Source: Seison nebaliae (taxonomy: Eukaryota). Taken from it: a stretch of DNA of 33,535 nucleotides. This document shows, piece by piece, positions 33,055-33,535 of the stretch. The stretch spans positions 1 through 33,535 of the forward strand of contig JALJEE010000344.1 of NCBI GenBank assembly GCA_023231475.1. The letters are read 5' to 3'. How positions within the stretch are numbered: the first letter of the stretch is position 1; each line of letters starts with the position of its first letter. The notes under the pieces are model-generated. The model saw only the letters and a program-made list of their open reading frames with translations. It searched no databases and was not told the DNA's origin. Made by a program: the position numbers and the translations under genes.

Positions 33055-33535
33055 TTTTTTTTTTTTTTTTTTTTTATTTATAGCAAATACCCGCGGGGTA
33101 AATTAAAAAGAAAAAAAGATAACTCCTTAAAGGAGTTATTTAAGATTAGGTTCCTGCCCGTTACAATAAAATGCTTGAGTGCTTCAGGAACGTGATAAGA
33201 CAAACCAAAATTAGATGTCACCGATAAAGCGTCTTCCATTGAAAGAGGATAATATAACGAGTAATGTGTGTATGTGTAATATGTGTACAATGTGTACGAG
33301 TAAGCTCTCACATTGTGTATACGTTGGAACTGAAAGACTTTAACTGCGAACAGAATCAACTACTTTCAGATACCTCTGCACCAGGAGTAGTGGCAAAGGA
33401 GTCAATTCGCAAATCGTGAACATAAATGCTCTATTGAAAGGCTTATGACAACCGAGCATCATCCGAACTGATCTATTATATGTTCGGTCAAGACATCGAA
33501 ATGACTCATCAGCAATCGAAATGGAAACTGAATCT
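33055..33535 (-). mobile_element. 3' end of a probable non-LTR retrotransposon (LINE-like), degenerate, continuing beyond the right edge
   Basis: T22 tract at 33055-33076 (poly(A) on the minus strand) overlapping AATAAA, with an abrupt GC rise. The minus-strand frame FRCLDRTYNRSVRMMLGCHKPFNRAFMFTICELTPLPLLLVQRYLK resembles the post-RT region of LINE ORF2, then hits a stop. Confidence 0.65.

Noticed and set aside
33440..33452. GGCTTATGACAAC resembles the 5' half of the same spliced leader
   Set aside because: Short match lying antisense within LINE-like coding sequence; chance.
33480..33513. Minus-strand CTGATGA-GTCA...TGAC-CGAAC, hammerhead-like
   Set aside because: The core needs GAAA directly after stem II; stems I and III are not evident; it lies in a coding frame.
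1..33535. Alternative genetic code or widespread pseudogenisation as the cause of ORF fragmentation
   Set aside because: Every break in conserved genes is resolved by a short GT-AG intron, and intronless PMT and UBE2G2 read cleanly in the standard code.

Overview
AT-rich, gene-dense eukaryotic (animal-like) genomic DNA read in the standard code. The ORF track is fragmented by many short GT-AG introns, mostly 41-77 nt. Hand-splicing gives 13 intact gene models: two tandem serpins, a two-domain phosphoethanolamine N-methyltransferase, an SLC9C-type Na+/H+ exchanger (NHE+VSD+CNBD), a beta-hydroxyacid dehydrogenase, ORC2, a divergent GRK/AGC-like kinase, a probable neuropeptide precursor, mitoribosomal mL48, UBE2G2 and three hypothetical proteins. 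Probable retroelement remnants lie at both ends. The most striking signal is the splice grammar: 44 of 47 hand-inferred donors are GTT rather than GTR and mostly lack -1G and +5G, while the three GTA/GTG donors all have AG|GT context. Other leads are an unrecognised prepro-peptide, a promoter motif shared by two head-to-head gene pairs, a pre-miRNA-like hairpin, an SLC9C with altered voltage and cAMP sensors, and a bacterial-looking dehydrogenase with introns. All models are manual inferences with no transcript or database support. The organism cannot be identified with confidence.
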